Positions 26,847-36,598 of a DNA stretch of 37,052 nucleotides are shown here, piece after piece. This DNA comes from a virus (lineage: Duplodnaviria > Caudoviricetes). The notes beneath the pieces are model-generated. The model was not told the DNA's origin. It did not search any database and worked only from the letters and a program-made list of their open reading frames with translations. The position numbers and the translations under genes were made by a program. Position 1 is the stretch's first letter, and each line of letters begins with the position of its first letter. The stretch is taken from IMG/VR virus record IMGVR_UViG_3300036987_000515, positions 1 to 37,052 of that record; one strand, written 5' to 3'.

Positions 26847-27793
26847 TGACACACGAAGCCACAGCCGAGGTCATCGAGACCGCAACTCACGCGATCCACG
26901 ACCGGATCGCAACCGATGCACAACTCGCAGCCGACCTCAAACAATGCTACCAGTACCTCGGCATCGATACATACGACGCCAGGACCCACGAAGCACGGCT
27001 CAAGGAGGAAACCCGGTTCTACCTCATCCAGGGCGCACAGTGCGCATTCGAAGTCGGGATGCGGCTCTCAATTCTGAAATCGAACATGGCGCCCGCCGCC
27101 TTCGCCGCGTTTGTGGAAACCGACCTCGATTACACAATTTCCCACGCGCACCGCCAGATCCGGCTGTTTAATACCTGCACCCGCCTCCTCCACGATTCCC
27201 GCGGAGGAATTCAACTCTCCCGCCTCAAGTCGATCGACTCCGTGAAACTCCTCACCGCCACACAGATCGCCGATCTGAATCCCGAAACCGGCGACGACGG
27301 AATGATTGGAGAGCTCTCCCTCGATGACATCGACGCAATGTCGCGAGCGGACCTCAAGGCCGAACTCCGACGCCTCCGACAGGCAAACTCCCGGCAGGAC
27401 TCCACCATCAAGGAAGGCCGCGAACAACTCGGACGCGTCCGCTCCCAGCTCGACTCCTACCACCACTCCAACAAGTCGATCATCCGCGACCGCTGCCAGG
27501 CCGCTCAGAAACAGTTCCAGCAGACCTATACCGAGTTCACCAAGTCCATGCCCCTAAACCGCGAACTCGACAGGCTCGAACTCGTCCACCTCCGCGCGAC
27601 CATCGAGTTCTTCTGCCAGACTTACCGCATGCTCATGGACTTCCTCTATACCGAGTACCCCGAGGTCGACACCATCAGCGGACAGGATCTCCAGGACATT
27701 CACCGCCGGCTCGATGCCATGCCCGGGATCCCGCCCTCAAACGCCAAAGACCCCCGAGTCCTCGCCGCCCTCCCCAAACAACCGAAGGAGTAA
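26846..27793 (+). CDS. Conserved Mu-like early protein (DUF3102-like)
   Basis: AFEVGMRLSILK..F.AFVE; LDDIDAMSRADLKAELR; directly upstream of transposase. Confidence 0.7.
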   Translation: MTHEATAEVIETATHAIHDRIATDAQLAADLKQCYQYLGIDTYDARTHEARLKEETRFYLIQGAQCAFEVGMRLSILKSNMAPAAFAAFVETDLDYTISHAHRQIRLFNTCTRLLHDSRGGIQLSRLKSIDSVKLLTATQIADLNPETGDDGMIGELSLDDIDAMSRADLKAELRRLRQANSRQDSTIKEGREQLGRVRSQLDSYHHSNKSIIRDRCQAAQKQFQQTYTEFTKSMPLNRELDRLELVHLRATIEFFCQTYRMLMDFLYTEYPEVDTISGQDLQDIHRRLDAMPGIPPSNAKDPRVLAALPKQPKE

Positions 27794-27797
27794 CACG

Positions 27798-29573
27798 ATG
27801 CCACGCGGATTATCCGATGATCTCGTTCTCGCTGTGCGCGCCGAAATTGACGCGGCGCCAGATTCCCGTACCCGCGCACGCATCGTCGAATCATACGCCG
27901 CCGACGCCGGAGTCTCAAAGCAGGCACTCTACGCCCGCCTCCGCGCCTCCGGGTATTCATCCGGACGAACAAAACGATCCGACGCCGGCAAACGCAGGCT
28001 GCCCGTCAACAACGAGCAACTCGATAAGATCGCACGGATCATGCTCGAGTCGGAATCCCGGAAATACGGCGTCATGCTGCCCGCATACCGCGCCATCGAA
28101 ATCGCCGAGGACCCCGCAAATGCGATTATCCAGCCCGGAACCGTCCATCCGCACACACTCCAACGCTACCTCCGGTCCGTCGCAGCCTCCAAAACCGACC
28201 TCGCCACACCCACCCCACATACTCGCATGCGATCCCTCTACCCGAACCACGTGCACCAGGTCGATGCCTCCGTCTGCGCCCAGTGGTACCTGAAACCGGA
28301 CAACTCCATCGGCACACAGACCCCGCTCCTCGATTGCGGATACAAGAACAAGCCCGGAAAACCACGCGCCATCAAACGATGGATCGTCACCGACCACTAC
28401 TCGGGAGCCTTCTTCGTCTGGTACACCGAAGGAGAAACCACGAGAGACGTCCTCCAGGTCCTCTACGCCGCATGGGCAACCAAGGACTTCGCTGAATCTA
28501 TCACCCGGGCACACCTTGGACCCGACGACACCGGATTCGAAAACCGGTTCCCCTTCCACGGCCTGCCCGACCTCCTCGTCTCTGACCAGGTCGGATGCCT
28601 CAAAAGCACCATCGCGACCAAGGTCTTCGCCGACCTCGGCGTCAACGTCTGGAAACCACTCCCGGGGAACTCACGCGCAAAGGGATCCGTCGAGGGCATG
28701 ATGGCCCGGTGGGAGGCTGACTTCGAAACCGGGCTCCGCATCGAAAGCGCTACATCGCTCGACCAGCTCAACGCATGGGCACTCCGCCGCGCCACGATCG
28801 TCAACGCCACACGCATCCACACGCGAACCAACGCGACCAGGACCGAAGTCTGGCTCCGCGATCTTCGCGCGGACAAACTCCGCGAAGTCCCCGACTTCCC
28901 CCTCTATAAGTCCCTCGTCTCGTTCCCAACCCAGACACGACACGTCAACGGAGACGGCACGTTCACCGTCGCACCGCCCCCACAGCTCCGCGAACTCTAC
29001 TCGGAGCCGTTCACCTATCGCCACCCGGACTCCCGCGTCTACGGAACCACGATCGAGGTTCGAATCAGCTTCTACGACTACCCCCGAATCACCGCCACCA
29101 GCAGGCGCTTCAATGAGGCCGTTGACCTGATGCCAATCAGGATCGACGCCGCCGGATTCCCCGAGTTCGCCGCCACATGGGGAGAATCGTTCACCTCCGC
29201 CGCCCACACTCCCACGCAGCGCAAGGTCGCCGAACTCGAACAAATCAGCCTCACCGCGGGGCCCGAAATCGTCCCCGTTACGCCGGCAGCGATCCGGGTC
29301 CATACCGGCAACGACCCGGTTCACCTCTTCGACGCACCGGCCGGCGCCGCGTTCCAGACGCCAGCCACCGAAGAACGCATCATGGTCGACCGCATCACCG
29401 CCAAGAAACGCATCCTGACCGCCGCACAGGTCGCCGCGATCGCCGATCTCCCGGACGACGCGCGCGAACTGCTCGACAGTATCCCCGATCTGCTCCTCGA
29501 GGAGCACGTCAACCAGATCATCGACTTCGTCAACGCCAGGACAATTCACCAGCCCATAGCGGAGGCACTCTGA
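27798..29573 (+). CDS. muA: DDE transposase (MuA-like)
   Basis: RSDAG, HQVDAS (D), LVSDQ (D), NSRAKGSVEG (E); RBS AAGGAG. Confidence 0.95.
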   Translation: MPRGLSDDLVLAVRAEIDAAPDSRTRARIVESYAADAGVSKQALYARLRASGYSSGRTKRSDAGKRRLPVNNEQLDKIARIMLESESRKYGVMLPAYRAIEIAEDPANAIIQPGTVHPHTLQRYLRSVAASKTDLATPTPHTRMRSLYPNHVHQVDASVCAQWYLKPDNSIGTQTPLLDCGYKNKPGKPRAIKRWIVTDHYSGAFFVWYTEGETTRDVLQVLYAAWATKDFAESITRAHLGPDDTGFENRFPFHGLPDLLVSDQVGCLKSTIATKVFADLGVNVWKPLPGNSRAKGSVEGMMARWEADFETGLRIESATSLDQLNAWALRRATIVNATRIHTRTNATRTEVWLRDLRADKLREVPDFPLYKSLVSFPTQTRHVNGDGTFTVAPPPQLRELYSEPFTYRHPDSRVYGTTIEVRISFYDYPRITATSRRFNEAVDLMPIRIDAAGFPEFAATWGESFTSAAHTPTQRKVAELEQISLTAGPEIVPVTPAAIRVHTGNDPVHLFDAPAGAAFQTPATEERIMVDRITAKKRILTAAQVAAIADLPDDARELLDSIPDLLLEEHVNQIIDFVNARTIHQPIAEAL

Positions 29574-30208
29574 TGACCATCCATCCCGTCGCCGTATCCG
29601 AACTCCGCGCGATTGCTGAAGCAAAGCGCGACCTCTTCCCGAACCGCCTCAAGTACCTGTTCGACCAGCTCACCCACTGCGAGCGCCTCGCAATGCGCAA
29701 ACCGACCTCGTACGCCGACCTCGCAAGGTCCCTGGCCATGAGCAAGTCCACAATCGCAGCCATCATCGCCGGACGATACCACGCCCGTACCACCACCGGA
29801 CACGTCAAGGTCATCGACCAGATCCTGTGCAATCGACTCGCCGAATTCAAACCGGCCGATTCCGCCATCTTGAAATTCCACTTTGAGCGCTACCCCGGAA
29901 ATCGCCGCGCGAAAACCTCCGCCGAGCCACCCCTCGCCGACACCCAACGACCAACCGTCCGCGTCCCCCGGGCCATCTACTCCCGCACCGTCCGCGTTTC
30001 CCCCGAAGGCTTCATCCGACTCGGACGACTGTTCTACTACGCAGGCTCCGAATTCGCCGGCCTGACCGTCACGGTCCGACGGGAACCAGGATCCACACTC
30101 CTCGAGATTTCATCGGCAGGCGCCGCCCGATTCGCCGCCCCAATCGACCCGGCCACCAACCAGCTCGGCTATCACCCGCACAGGAGAGGCGCCAACCATG
30201 AGGCCTGA
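29573..30208 (+). CDS. HTH protein with transposase-C-terminal-like beta-barrel
   Basis: SYADLARSLAMSKSTIAAIIAG; RTVRVSPEGFIRLGRLFYYAGSEFAGLTVTVR. Confidence 0.65.
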   Translation: MTIHPVAVSELRAIAEAKRDLFPNRLKYLFDQLTHCERLAMRKPTSYADLARSLAMSKSTIAAIIAGRYHARTTTGHVKVIDQILCNRLAEFKPADSAILKFHFERYPGNRRAKTSAEPPLADTQRPTVRVPRAIYSRTVRVSPEGFIRLGRLFYYAGSEFAGLTVTVRREPGSTLLEISSAGAARFAAPIDPATNQLGYHPHRRGANHEA

Positions 30209-30512
30209 ACTCGCCGCATCCACAACGTCGATCAAGATCCCGTTCGACGGACTCTTCGAGTACAACAACCGCTGGTATCACCTCGGCGGCATGTTCATCG
30301 GACAGGAGTGCGCAATCCACCCGGTCGCCGGACGGTGGATCCTCGTATCCTGTCCCAGGACATGCCATGTCAGGCTCATCGCTCCACTCGGCGCAAAGGA
30401 CACGGCGCCCGGAATCCATCATGTGATCGCTCCGCCCTGTTTCAATGCGCCCGACGCCAGGCGTCGCACCCGACGCCCGCATCGCCACAAGGAGACCCGC
30501 CGTGTCGCTTGA
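30198..30512 (+). CDS. Small protein with transposase-C-terminal-like beta-barrel
   Basis: IKIPFDGLFEYNNRWYHLGGMFIGQECAI. Confidence 0.55.
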   Translation: MRPELAASTTSIKIPFDGLFEYNNRWYHLGGMFIGQECAIHPVAGRWILVSCPRTCHVRLIAPLGAKDTAPGIHHVIAPPCFNAPDARRRTRRPHRHKETRRVA

Positions 30513-31731
30513 CAATCTCCGCCGTTTTCTCGACCGCCGCGGCATCGCGATGTCTCACCTCAGCCGGGCACTCGGCAGACGCGACAATTTCGTCCGCAAC
30601 GGAGTCGCAGACGCCGACTTCTCGCTCGAGGCAATCCGGGACATCGAGATCGTCCTCGCAGCAAGCGGACATCAGGTCCCGCGAAACGCATGGATCACCG
30701 CCTGCAGCCGCGACCTGCGAAAACCCGCGCACACACTCTACCGGCTCGACGACAACAGAGCTATCGTCGCACCGCGCATGCGCGGCGGCCAACCCGGCCA
30801 GGGCGTCTCCACACTACAGGTTTCTGCAGCACAAATCATGGAAAGGACTGAAAGCATGCAACCCCTCACAACCGCCGCCGCGCAGCACTTCGGATTGACA
30901 ACGAACCCGTTCGCCAACTCGTTGCGACTGCGTGAGGACATCTACTGGACAAAGGAGTACCGGCAGCTTCTCCAACTCCTGCTGTCCACCGCCAGAAATC
31001 AGGGATTCCTCGCAATCCTCGGCGAAGTCGGAGCCGGAAAGACCGTCATCAAACAGCAGTTTCGAGAGGAATGCTCCGAATCCATCCGAATCGTCGAACC
31101 GGCGTTCCCCGACAAACGCCGCATCACCCCCAATAACCTGCTCGACGCGATCCTCCTCTCTCTCGGCGCTCGCGTCCCGGCGACCCGCGAACGTAAGGCT
31201 CGCGCCGTTCGCGATTCCCTCGACGCACTCCTCAAACAGAACGAAACCGCGGTCCTTCTCCTCGACGAGGCCCACGACTTCGCCACCGAAACCATCCGCT
31301 CCCTCAAAAGACTCCATGAACTCCAACGCGGATTCGCCGGACTCCTCGGGATCATACTCGTCGGGCAACTCGAACTCGAGGCAAAGCTACGCAACCCCAA
31401 CATCCGCGAGGTCGATCAGCGCTGTGCCCGCTTCTACCTCTCCGGACTGAACGGCAAGACCGGCGAATACCTCCAGCACCGCCTCACCCGAACCGACCCG
31501 AAGCTCAAGCTCGATCGCATCTTCACCGACGACGGCATCAAGGCACTCGAACAGCTCTGCCGCCGCAAGGTCGAGAACTACGGGATCCGCCTGCTCGGCC
31601 CGTACCCGCTCACACTCAACGTCATCGCCACCCAGGCAATGAACCTCGCCGCAAAGCTCGGCGAGTCGCGCGTCAACCGGCTTGTCGTCGATCACACATG
31701 GGGATCTCTCCCGGAGGAGGCAGCCCGATGA
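30502..31731 (+). CDS. muB: Transposition B-type AAA+ ATPase (ExeA-like) with N-terminal HTH
   Basis: Walker A GEVGAGKT, Walker B LLLDEAH, ILVGQLEL; GTG start after AAGGAG. Confidence 0.9.
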   Translation: MSLDNLRRFLDRRGIAMSHLSRALGRRDNFVRNGVADADFSLEAIRDIEIVLAASGHQVPRNAWITACSRDLRKPAHTLYRLDDNRAIVAPRMRGGQPGQGVSTLQVSAAQIMERTESMQPLTTAAAQHFGLTTNPFANSLRLREDIYWTKEYRQLLQLLLSTARNQGFLAILGEVGAGKTVIKQQFREECSESIRIVEPAFPDKRRITPNNLLDAILLSLGARVPATRERKARAVRDSLDALLKQNETAVLLLDEAHDFATETIRSLKRLHELQRGFAGLLGIILVGQLELEAKLRNPNIREVDQRCARFYLSGLNGKTGEYLQHRLTRTDPKLKLDRIFTDDGIKALEQLCRRKVENYGIRLLGPYPLTLNVIATQAMNLAAKLGESRVNRLVVDHTWGSLPEEAAR

Positions 31732-31916
31732 CCTATACAACAGGATCCGTATGGGGATCCTCCGTCAGCGTCGACGAGCGAATCCGCAGAGTCATGTCCA
31801 TGACCCTCGGCCAGCTCGAAATCGCCCTCGTCGACCAAAACACACAACCATCCGTCCGCAAACGAATCCAGGCCCGCATCAACAACCTAAAACGCCTCGC
31901 CGCAAAGGAGAACTGA
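31728..31916 (+). CDS. Hypothetical protein
   Basis: ATGA coupling, RBS GGAGG. Confidence 0.7.
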   Translation: MTYTTGSVWGSSVSVDERIRRVMSMTLGQLEIALVDQNTQPSVRKRIQARINNLKRLAAKEN

Positions 31917-31918
31917 CC

Positions 31919-32122
31919 ATGCCAGAAGAAAGAGCCTTCTTCGCATCCGAGAAGTGCCCCCGCTGCAAGACCTCGGCTCCGAGACTGTTCACCCGCGCCA
32001 AACGTCCGCCCACCTATACATTGATATGCGACAAGTGCGGATGGCGCGGCCCCGTAGCCTCAACCCCCGACAAAGCCGCAATCGGATGGAACGCCTTCGC
32101 CAAACTGGAGCGCCAGCAATGA
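31919..32122 (+). CDS. Lar-like zinc-ribbon protein
   Basis: CPRC..CDKCG.RGP..AAIGWN. Confidence 0.7.
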   Translation: MPEERAFFASEKCPRCKTSAPRLFTRAKRPPTYTLICDKCGWRGPVASTPDKAAIGWNAFAKLERQQ

Positions 32123-32652
32123 ACCCCGCCACCATATGCGCCACATGTCGCCGCCTCATCGGCAACTCGATCGTCATCGAAACCGCCCGCGCCACCCACG
32201 CCGGAACCCTCCTGCGAATCGACGGATACCGCGCCGGAGCATCCGAAATCTGCACCCGGATCACCATCGGGCCGGGACGCACAACCGACAACCTGTCCGG
32301 CCGGTCCCATGACCGCGGCAATTTCAGCATCACCCCCGAGAACGTCACGGCGATCCACCAGCCCCGCAAACGACTCATCCCGATCCCGCGAACCCGGGCC
32401 AAGGATGGATGGGCAACCTACCCGCGCTGCCGCACCGCCCACTTCTACTCCGCCGGAATCAGCCTCTGCTCGAACCACATCGAGCCAACACCAGCCCGCC
32501 ACCGCCTGGCAACACCACCCATCACCCCATGTCCGCGTTGCCAGAGAGCCCTCGTCAACCATGCAGCCATTGCCGAGCCCGCGCAAGTTCCGGCCGCATC
32601 CCCGGCCGTCCAGGCACGTCCAACCACACTCCAGGAGATATCCCAATGGTAA
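32119..32652 (+). CDS. Hypothetical protein with Cys/His motifs
   Basis: CATC; AHFY..SLC..CPRC; ATGA coupling. Confidence 0.6.
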   Translation: MNPATICATCRRLIGNSIVIETARATHAGTLLRIDGYRAGASEICTRITIGPGRTTDNLSGRSHDRGNFSITPENVTAIHQPRKRLIPIPRTRAKDGWATYPRCRTAHFYSAGISLCSNHIEPTPARHRLATPPITPCPRCQRALVNHAAIAEPAQVPAASPAVQARPTTLQEISQW

Positions 32653-32921
32653 AGCGCCAACGCGTCGCAATCCACGAAACCTGCAATGCCCTCATCGCAC
32701 TGATCGTCCTGGTCGAACGCCTTGCTTCCCAGGACCTCGATGAAATACCGGAGATCCTCCACGCCAAGAATGCGCTCCGCCGGATCGGGCGCGATATCCC
32801 GCGAGTCGCCGTCCACCGCCACCGCTCACCCGATGAGCTCCGCCGCCTCACGCTCGACGATTTTATTGCCGATCACGATCGGCAAAATCATGCCAGGAGA
32901 AAGGAGCCATGCCATGGCTAA
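32646..32921 (+). CDS. Hypothetical protein
   Basis: RBS AGGAG, overlaps both neighbours. Confidence 0.6.
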   Translation: MVKRQRVAIHETCNALIALIVLVERLASQDLDEIPEILHAKNALRRIGRDIPRVAVHRHRSPDELRRLTLDDFIADHDRQNHARRKEPCHG

Positions 32922-33534
32922 GATACTCAAATCATCACGGATCGTACCGGATCCGCTACCCAGGATCGAATCAATCGATCAGTGCGACGAGGCAATGTTG
33001 CGCATCGGACGGGTCGGACGCGAAATCGCCCGCCTCGAAGCTGCCCAGAACGACGAGATCGCCGTCGTCCGGAAGAAGCACGCAGCCCCGCTTGCCGCCC
33101 TCGCAGCAGAACGCGACGAACTGGACCGCAACATCATCGCCTTCGAGACATATCACCGCGAAACACTCTTCGCCGGTGAACAGAAGTCGCGCGTCCTGAC
33201 CTATGGAACGCTCAACTTGCGGCGGATCCCGCCGTTCGTGGAACTCGTACGCTCCAAGATCGACCGCATCGCGGAGATCAAGGAACGCTTCGTCAAGTCC
33301 ATCCGCGAGAAACTCATCCGCGTCAAGGAAGAGGTCTCCAAGGAGGGCATCCTCGACCATGCCCGCGCCCTCGAGGGAAAACGTCTGAAGGAGTTCGAGG
33401 ACCAGCTCGCCCTCTGCTCTCTCCGCATCGTCCGCGACGACGAAACCTTTGGCTACAACCTCCACGAGGACGAAATCGCGAAGCATCTGGCTGCCAGGCC
33501 GACCGTCATCACGGTTGCAAAGGGCGCAAAATGA
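32914..33534 (+). CDS. gam: Host-nuclease inhibitor Gam-like protein
   Basis: IESIDQCDEAMLRIG..coiled coil..KSRVLTYGTLNLR..IRVKEEVSKEGI. Confidence 0.88.
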   Translation: MAKILKSSRIVPDPLPRIESIDQCDEAMLRIGRVGREIARLEAAQNDEIAVVRKKHAAPLAALAAERDELDRNIIAFETYHRETLFAGEQKSRVLTYGTLNLRRIPPFVELVRSKIDRIAEIKERFVKSIREKLIRVKEEVSKEGILDHARALEGKRLKEFEDQLALCSLRIVRDDETFGYNLHEDEIAKHLAARPTVITVAKGAK

Positions 33535-34367
33535 CCAGGGCTGATCTCACACCCAGACAGTACGGCTGCCGGCCCGACGTCGAGGATCCGCGCGACAAAA
33601 TCTATGGCGTCCCCACCAGGGTTATCCTCCCGAAGACGGCGGATCTGCGTCTGCGCCTTGCGCCTGTCCCGGTCGAGGATCAGGGCCAGATCGGGTCATG
33701 CACCGCCAACGCATGGGCAACCGTCATGGAATACCTCCGGATCCGCGACGGACGCAACCCGCATCTCGATCAGTCACGACTGTTCATCTACTATAATGAG
33801 CGGATGATCGAGGGAACAGTCGATCAGGACGCCGGCGCGCAAATCCGGTCCGGAGCCAAAGTGCTCGCCAAGTACGGCGTCTGCCCAGAGGCTCTCTGGC
33901 CATATGAGGATGAACGCCTCATCAGGAAACCGGCCGACGACTGCTACATCCAGGCGCTCGGATTCCGCGCAATCGCGTATCGACGGGTCCGATCGCTCTA
34001 CGAACTGAAACACGCGCTCGCCAGCGGCTTGCCGGTGGCCATCGGAATCGCCGTCTACGAATCGTTCGAATCTGCGATGGTTGCCAAGACCGGCGATGTG
34101 CCGATGCCCAACCGCGGCTGGGTTTGCAGGGAATCGCTACTCGGATGGCATGCTGTCACCGCGGTCGGGTATAACGACCTCGAGCGGAAAATCATCTGCC
34201 GCAACTCCTGGGGCGCCTCCTGGGGACGCGCCGGACATTTCTTCCTGTCCTATGAGTACATTCTGGATCCAAGCCTCTCTGGCGACTTCTGGACCTGCAC
34301 CCAAACGTCCCTTGATGCGGTTGCCATGAACGCAGATCCGGAAAGCGAGGAACCGATCAATGTCTGA
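33531..34367 (+). CDS. Papain-family (C1A) cysteine peptidase
   Basis: DQGQIGSCTANA, SRLFIYYNER, GWHAV, CRNSWGASWG; all catalytic residues present. Confidence 0.95.
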   Translation: MTRADLTPRQYGCRPDVEDPRDKIYGVPTRVILPKTADLRLRLAPVPVEDQGQIGSCTANAWATVMEYLRIRDGRNPHLDQSRLFIYYNERMIEGTVDQDAGAQIRSGAKVLAKYGVCPEALWPYEDERLIRKPADDCYIQALGFRAIAYRRVRSLYELKHALASGLPVAIGIAVYESFESAMVAKTGDVPMPNRGWVCRESLLGWHAVTAVGYNDLERKIICRNSWGASWGRAGHFFLSYEYILDPSLSGDFWTCTQTSLDAVAMNADPESEEPINV

Positions 34368-34611
34368 CGAGTATATCCGGCAACTCAATGACCGCATCGC
34401 AAACCTCCAGGCCCAGGCCGCTCATCGAAAGGACGTCATCCGCGAGGTCAGCGACGAGGGCGGACTCAACGCTTACATACTCCGGACCCAGTCCATGAAC
34501 GGAGAAATCGAGGGACTGGCAACGGCAATCCGGATCGCCGCGCACGTATTGCCGGAACCGGAGCATGCCACGGAGACTCCGGCAAACGTCAGCGAGGAGA
34601 CGCCGGAATAG
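34360..34611 (+). CDS. Hypothetical protein
   Basis: RBS GAGG, overlapping start. Confidence 0.65.
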   Translation: MSDEYIRQLNDRIANLQAQAAHRKDVIREVSDEGGLNAYILRTQSMNGEIEGLATAIRIAAHVLPEPEHATETPANVSEETPE

Positions 34612-34613
34612 CC

Positions 34614-35249
34614 ATGCCTCGCTACCTGGCAACTATGTTCCCCGTCTGGATCGAGTTCAGCGGTCTCCCTGAACAGCTCGCGCAACTGCGCGGTGGACCG
34701 GCCGCATGGTCCGTCCTCAAGAAGCTCATCGAACTGGACTGCGAAACTGGCACCGGGACCGTCGAGATATCGATCACGGATCTCGCCGCAAGGACCGCCG
34801 TCCAGATCCGGACGATTCGCCAGGTAATCAACACCCTTCGAAAAGGCCGCCTCATCGCAGCCTTCGTCCCAAACCAGGCAGAGGAACCTGGACTGTTCAA
34901 GATCCAGGTCCCTCTGCCAACACCGACCCCGATAGCCCGGATCCTACACGATCACCCGGAACTCGCAGCCACGGATCTCCGGTACGCCCACCCGCATAGC
35001 CGCGAGTGCGCCACGGATGAAAGCCGGCTCCAGGAGATCACCGACCTCTACTTCAACGTCTGCGGGCTTCGCATGAACCAGTTCGTCCTCGACGAGCTCG
35101 ACGAGCTCATCCGGCGCCATCCTATGGACGATCTTCGGGCTGTCTTCAACCAGGCAAAACGCAACGGGATTCATAGCCTCCAAACCATCCGCCAGGACCT
35201 CAACAGGATCCGGAAAACCAGAAAGGAAAACCCCGATGCCATTCAATAG
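34614..35249 (+). CDS. Winged-HTH plus DnaD-like domain protein
   Basis: ISITDLAARTAVQIRTIRQVINTLRKGRLI; ITDLYFNVCG..LDELDELI..LRAVFNQAKRNG..SLQTI. Confidence 0.65.
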   Translation: MPRYLATMFPVWIEFSGLPEQLAQLRGGPAAWSVLKKLIELDCETGTGTVEISITDLAARTAVQIRTIRQVINTLRKGRLIAAFVPNQAEEPGLFKIQVPLPTPTPIARILHDHPELAATDLRYAHPHSRECATDESRLQEITDLYFNVCGLRMNQFVLDELDELIRRHPMDDLRAVFNQAKRNGIHSLQTIRQDLNRIRKTRKENPDAIQ

Positions 35250-35658
35250 GAACGGAGCCATGAAGGCTCTCCACATGACAGGCGCCGCACTCGGGCTCGA
35301 TCACGAGGCCCTCCGCGACGTCGCCTCAAGCCTCTTCCGCATCCCGATCGACAAAATCAGCCTCGCCAAACTGTCCAATAGCCAACTCGCACAGTTCCTC
35401 GGACATCTGAAACATCACCAGGCCGGAACTCCCATCCAGATCCCAAACGCCGCCACCGCGCGGCAGGTCTACCTGATCCGCCAGCTCGCGAAGGAACTCC
35501 GAATGGACGACAACCCCGAACGCCTCAAGGGTTTCTGCGCCCGCCAGGCAGCCGGAAAACGTGAACTCAACCGGCTCTCGATCCGCGAGGCTGGCAGGGT
35601 CATAGAGGGACTCAAACACCTCATCGCCCAACAGGACCGCCTCGGAGTGCCTGCATGA
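35236..35658 (+). CDS. gemA: GemA/DUF1018-like regulator
   Basis: LHMTGAALGLDHEALR..SLAKLS; RLKGFCARQ..AGRVIEGLK. Confidence 0.8.
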   Translation: MPFNRNGAMKALHMTGAALGLDHEALRDVASSLFRIPIDKISLAKLSNSQLAQFLGHLKHHQAGTPIQIPNAATARQVYLIRQLAKELRMDDNPERLKGFCARQAAGKRELNRLSIREAGRVIEGLKHLIAQQDRLGVPA

Positions 35659-35861
35659 CCGCAATTCCAGCCGACCAGCCGAGAAAGGCCCGATATACCG
35701 TCACCGAAGCCGCACGGATCCTCGGAGTGTCGCGGCGTACCGTATACAGACTCATCGAAGACGGCTCGGTAGAAGCCGTCCGCGTCCGCGCCACGCTCCG
35801 GATCGCCCGCGATGACCTCGAGGACTACATCAAAACCAACCAGCACGACCCCTGGGCATAA
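35655..35861 (+). CDS. Excisionase/MerR-type HTH DNA-binding protein
   Basis: YTVTEAARILGVSRRTVYRLIEDG..LRIARDDL. Confidence 0.9.
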   Translation: MTAIPADQPRKARYTVTEAARILGVSRRTVYRLIEDGSVEAVRVRATLRIARDDLEDYIKTNQHDPWA

Positions 35862-35863
35862 TC

Positions 35864-36598
35864 ATGGGAAAGCACTCCTCAATAGAATGGACTGATTCCA
35901 CCTGGAACCCCGTCACCGGATGTTCCAGGGTCAGCACCGGATGTGTCCACTGCTATGCTGAAAAGACTGCAGCCAGGCTGCAGGCAATGCGGTCGCGCAA
36001 CTACGAAAACGGCTTCCGGCTCACAACTCATGACCACATGCTTGAAGTGCCCCTGCAATGGTCCAAACCGCGCAGGATCTTCGTCAACAGCATGAGCGAC
36101 CTCTTTCACCAGGATGTCCCGTTCGCCTTCATCCAGAAGGTTCTGGAGACCATTCGTAAGGCACATTGGCACGAATTCCAGATACTCACGAAACGGGCCC
36201 ACAGACTTGCGGATCTTTCCCCGCTGATTGACTGGCCGGCAAACCTATTCGTGGGAGTCAGCGTCGAAACCGACGACTTCCTCTTCCGGATCGGACATCT
36301 TCTGCTGTCCGGCGCGCCGCGCAAATTCATCTCACTCGAACCGTTACTCGGGCCGATTCCGGTCTTGCCCCTCGATGAAATAGACTGGGTAATCGTGGGA
36401 GGAGAATCCGGCCCCGATTCCAGGCCCATGGATCCTGCCTGGGCACTCGACATCCGCGACCAATGCGCCAAAGCCAACGTCCCGTTCATGTTCAAACAAT
36501 GGGGAGGCCCGGACAAAAAACGCGCCGGCCGCCTGCTCGACGGACGCGAGTATCTCGCTCTCCCGAACGGAACAATCTTCCGCAACTCTCCCGATTGA
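35864..36598 (+). CDS. DUF5131 (phage Gp37/Gp68) family protein
   Basis: SSIEWTDSTWNPVTGC..GCVHCYA, IFVNSMSDLFH, WVIVGGESG, FKQWGG. Confidence 0.92.
   Translation: MGKHSSIEWTDSTWNPVTGCSRVSTGCVHCYAEKTAARLQAMRSRNYENGFRLTTHDHMLEVPLQWSKPRRIFVNSMSDLFHQDVPFAFIQKVLETIRKAHWHEFQILTKRAHRLADLSPLIDWPANLFVGVSVETDDFLFRIGHLLLSGAPRKFISLEPLLGPIPVLPLDEIDWVIVGGESGPDSRPMDPAWALDIRDQCAKANVPFMFKQWGGPDKKRAGRLLDGREYLALPNGTIFRNSPD

Noticed and set aside
30502-31731. Type II secretion ExeA
   Set aside because: Context next to transposase and no secretion genes indicate a B-type ATPase
35655-35861. Excisionase of an integrase-type prophage
   Set aside because: No integrase or att core; element moves by DDE transposition
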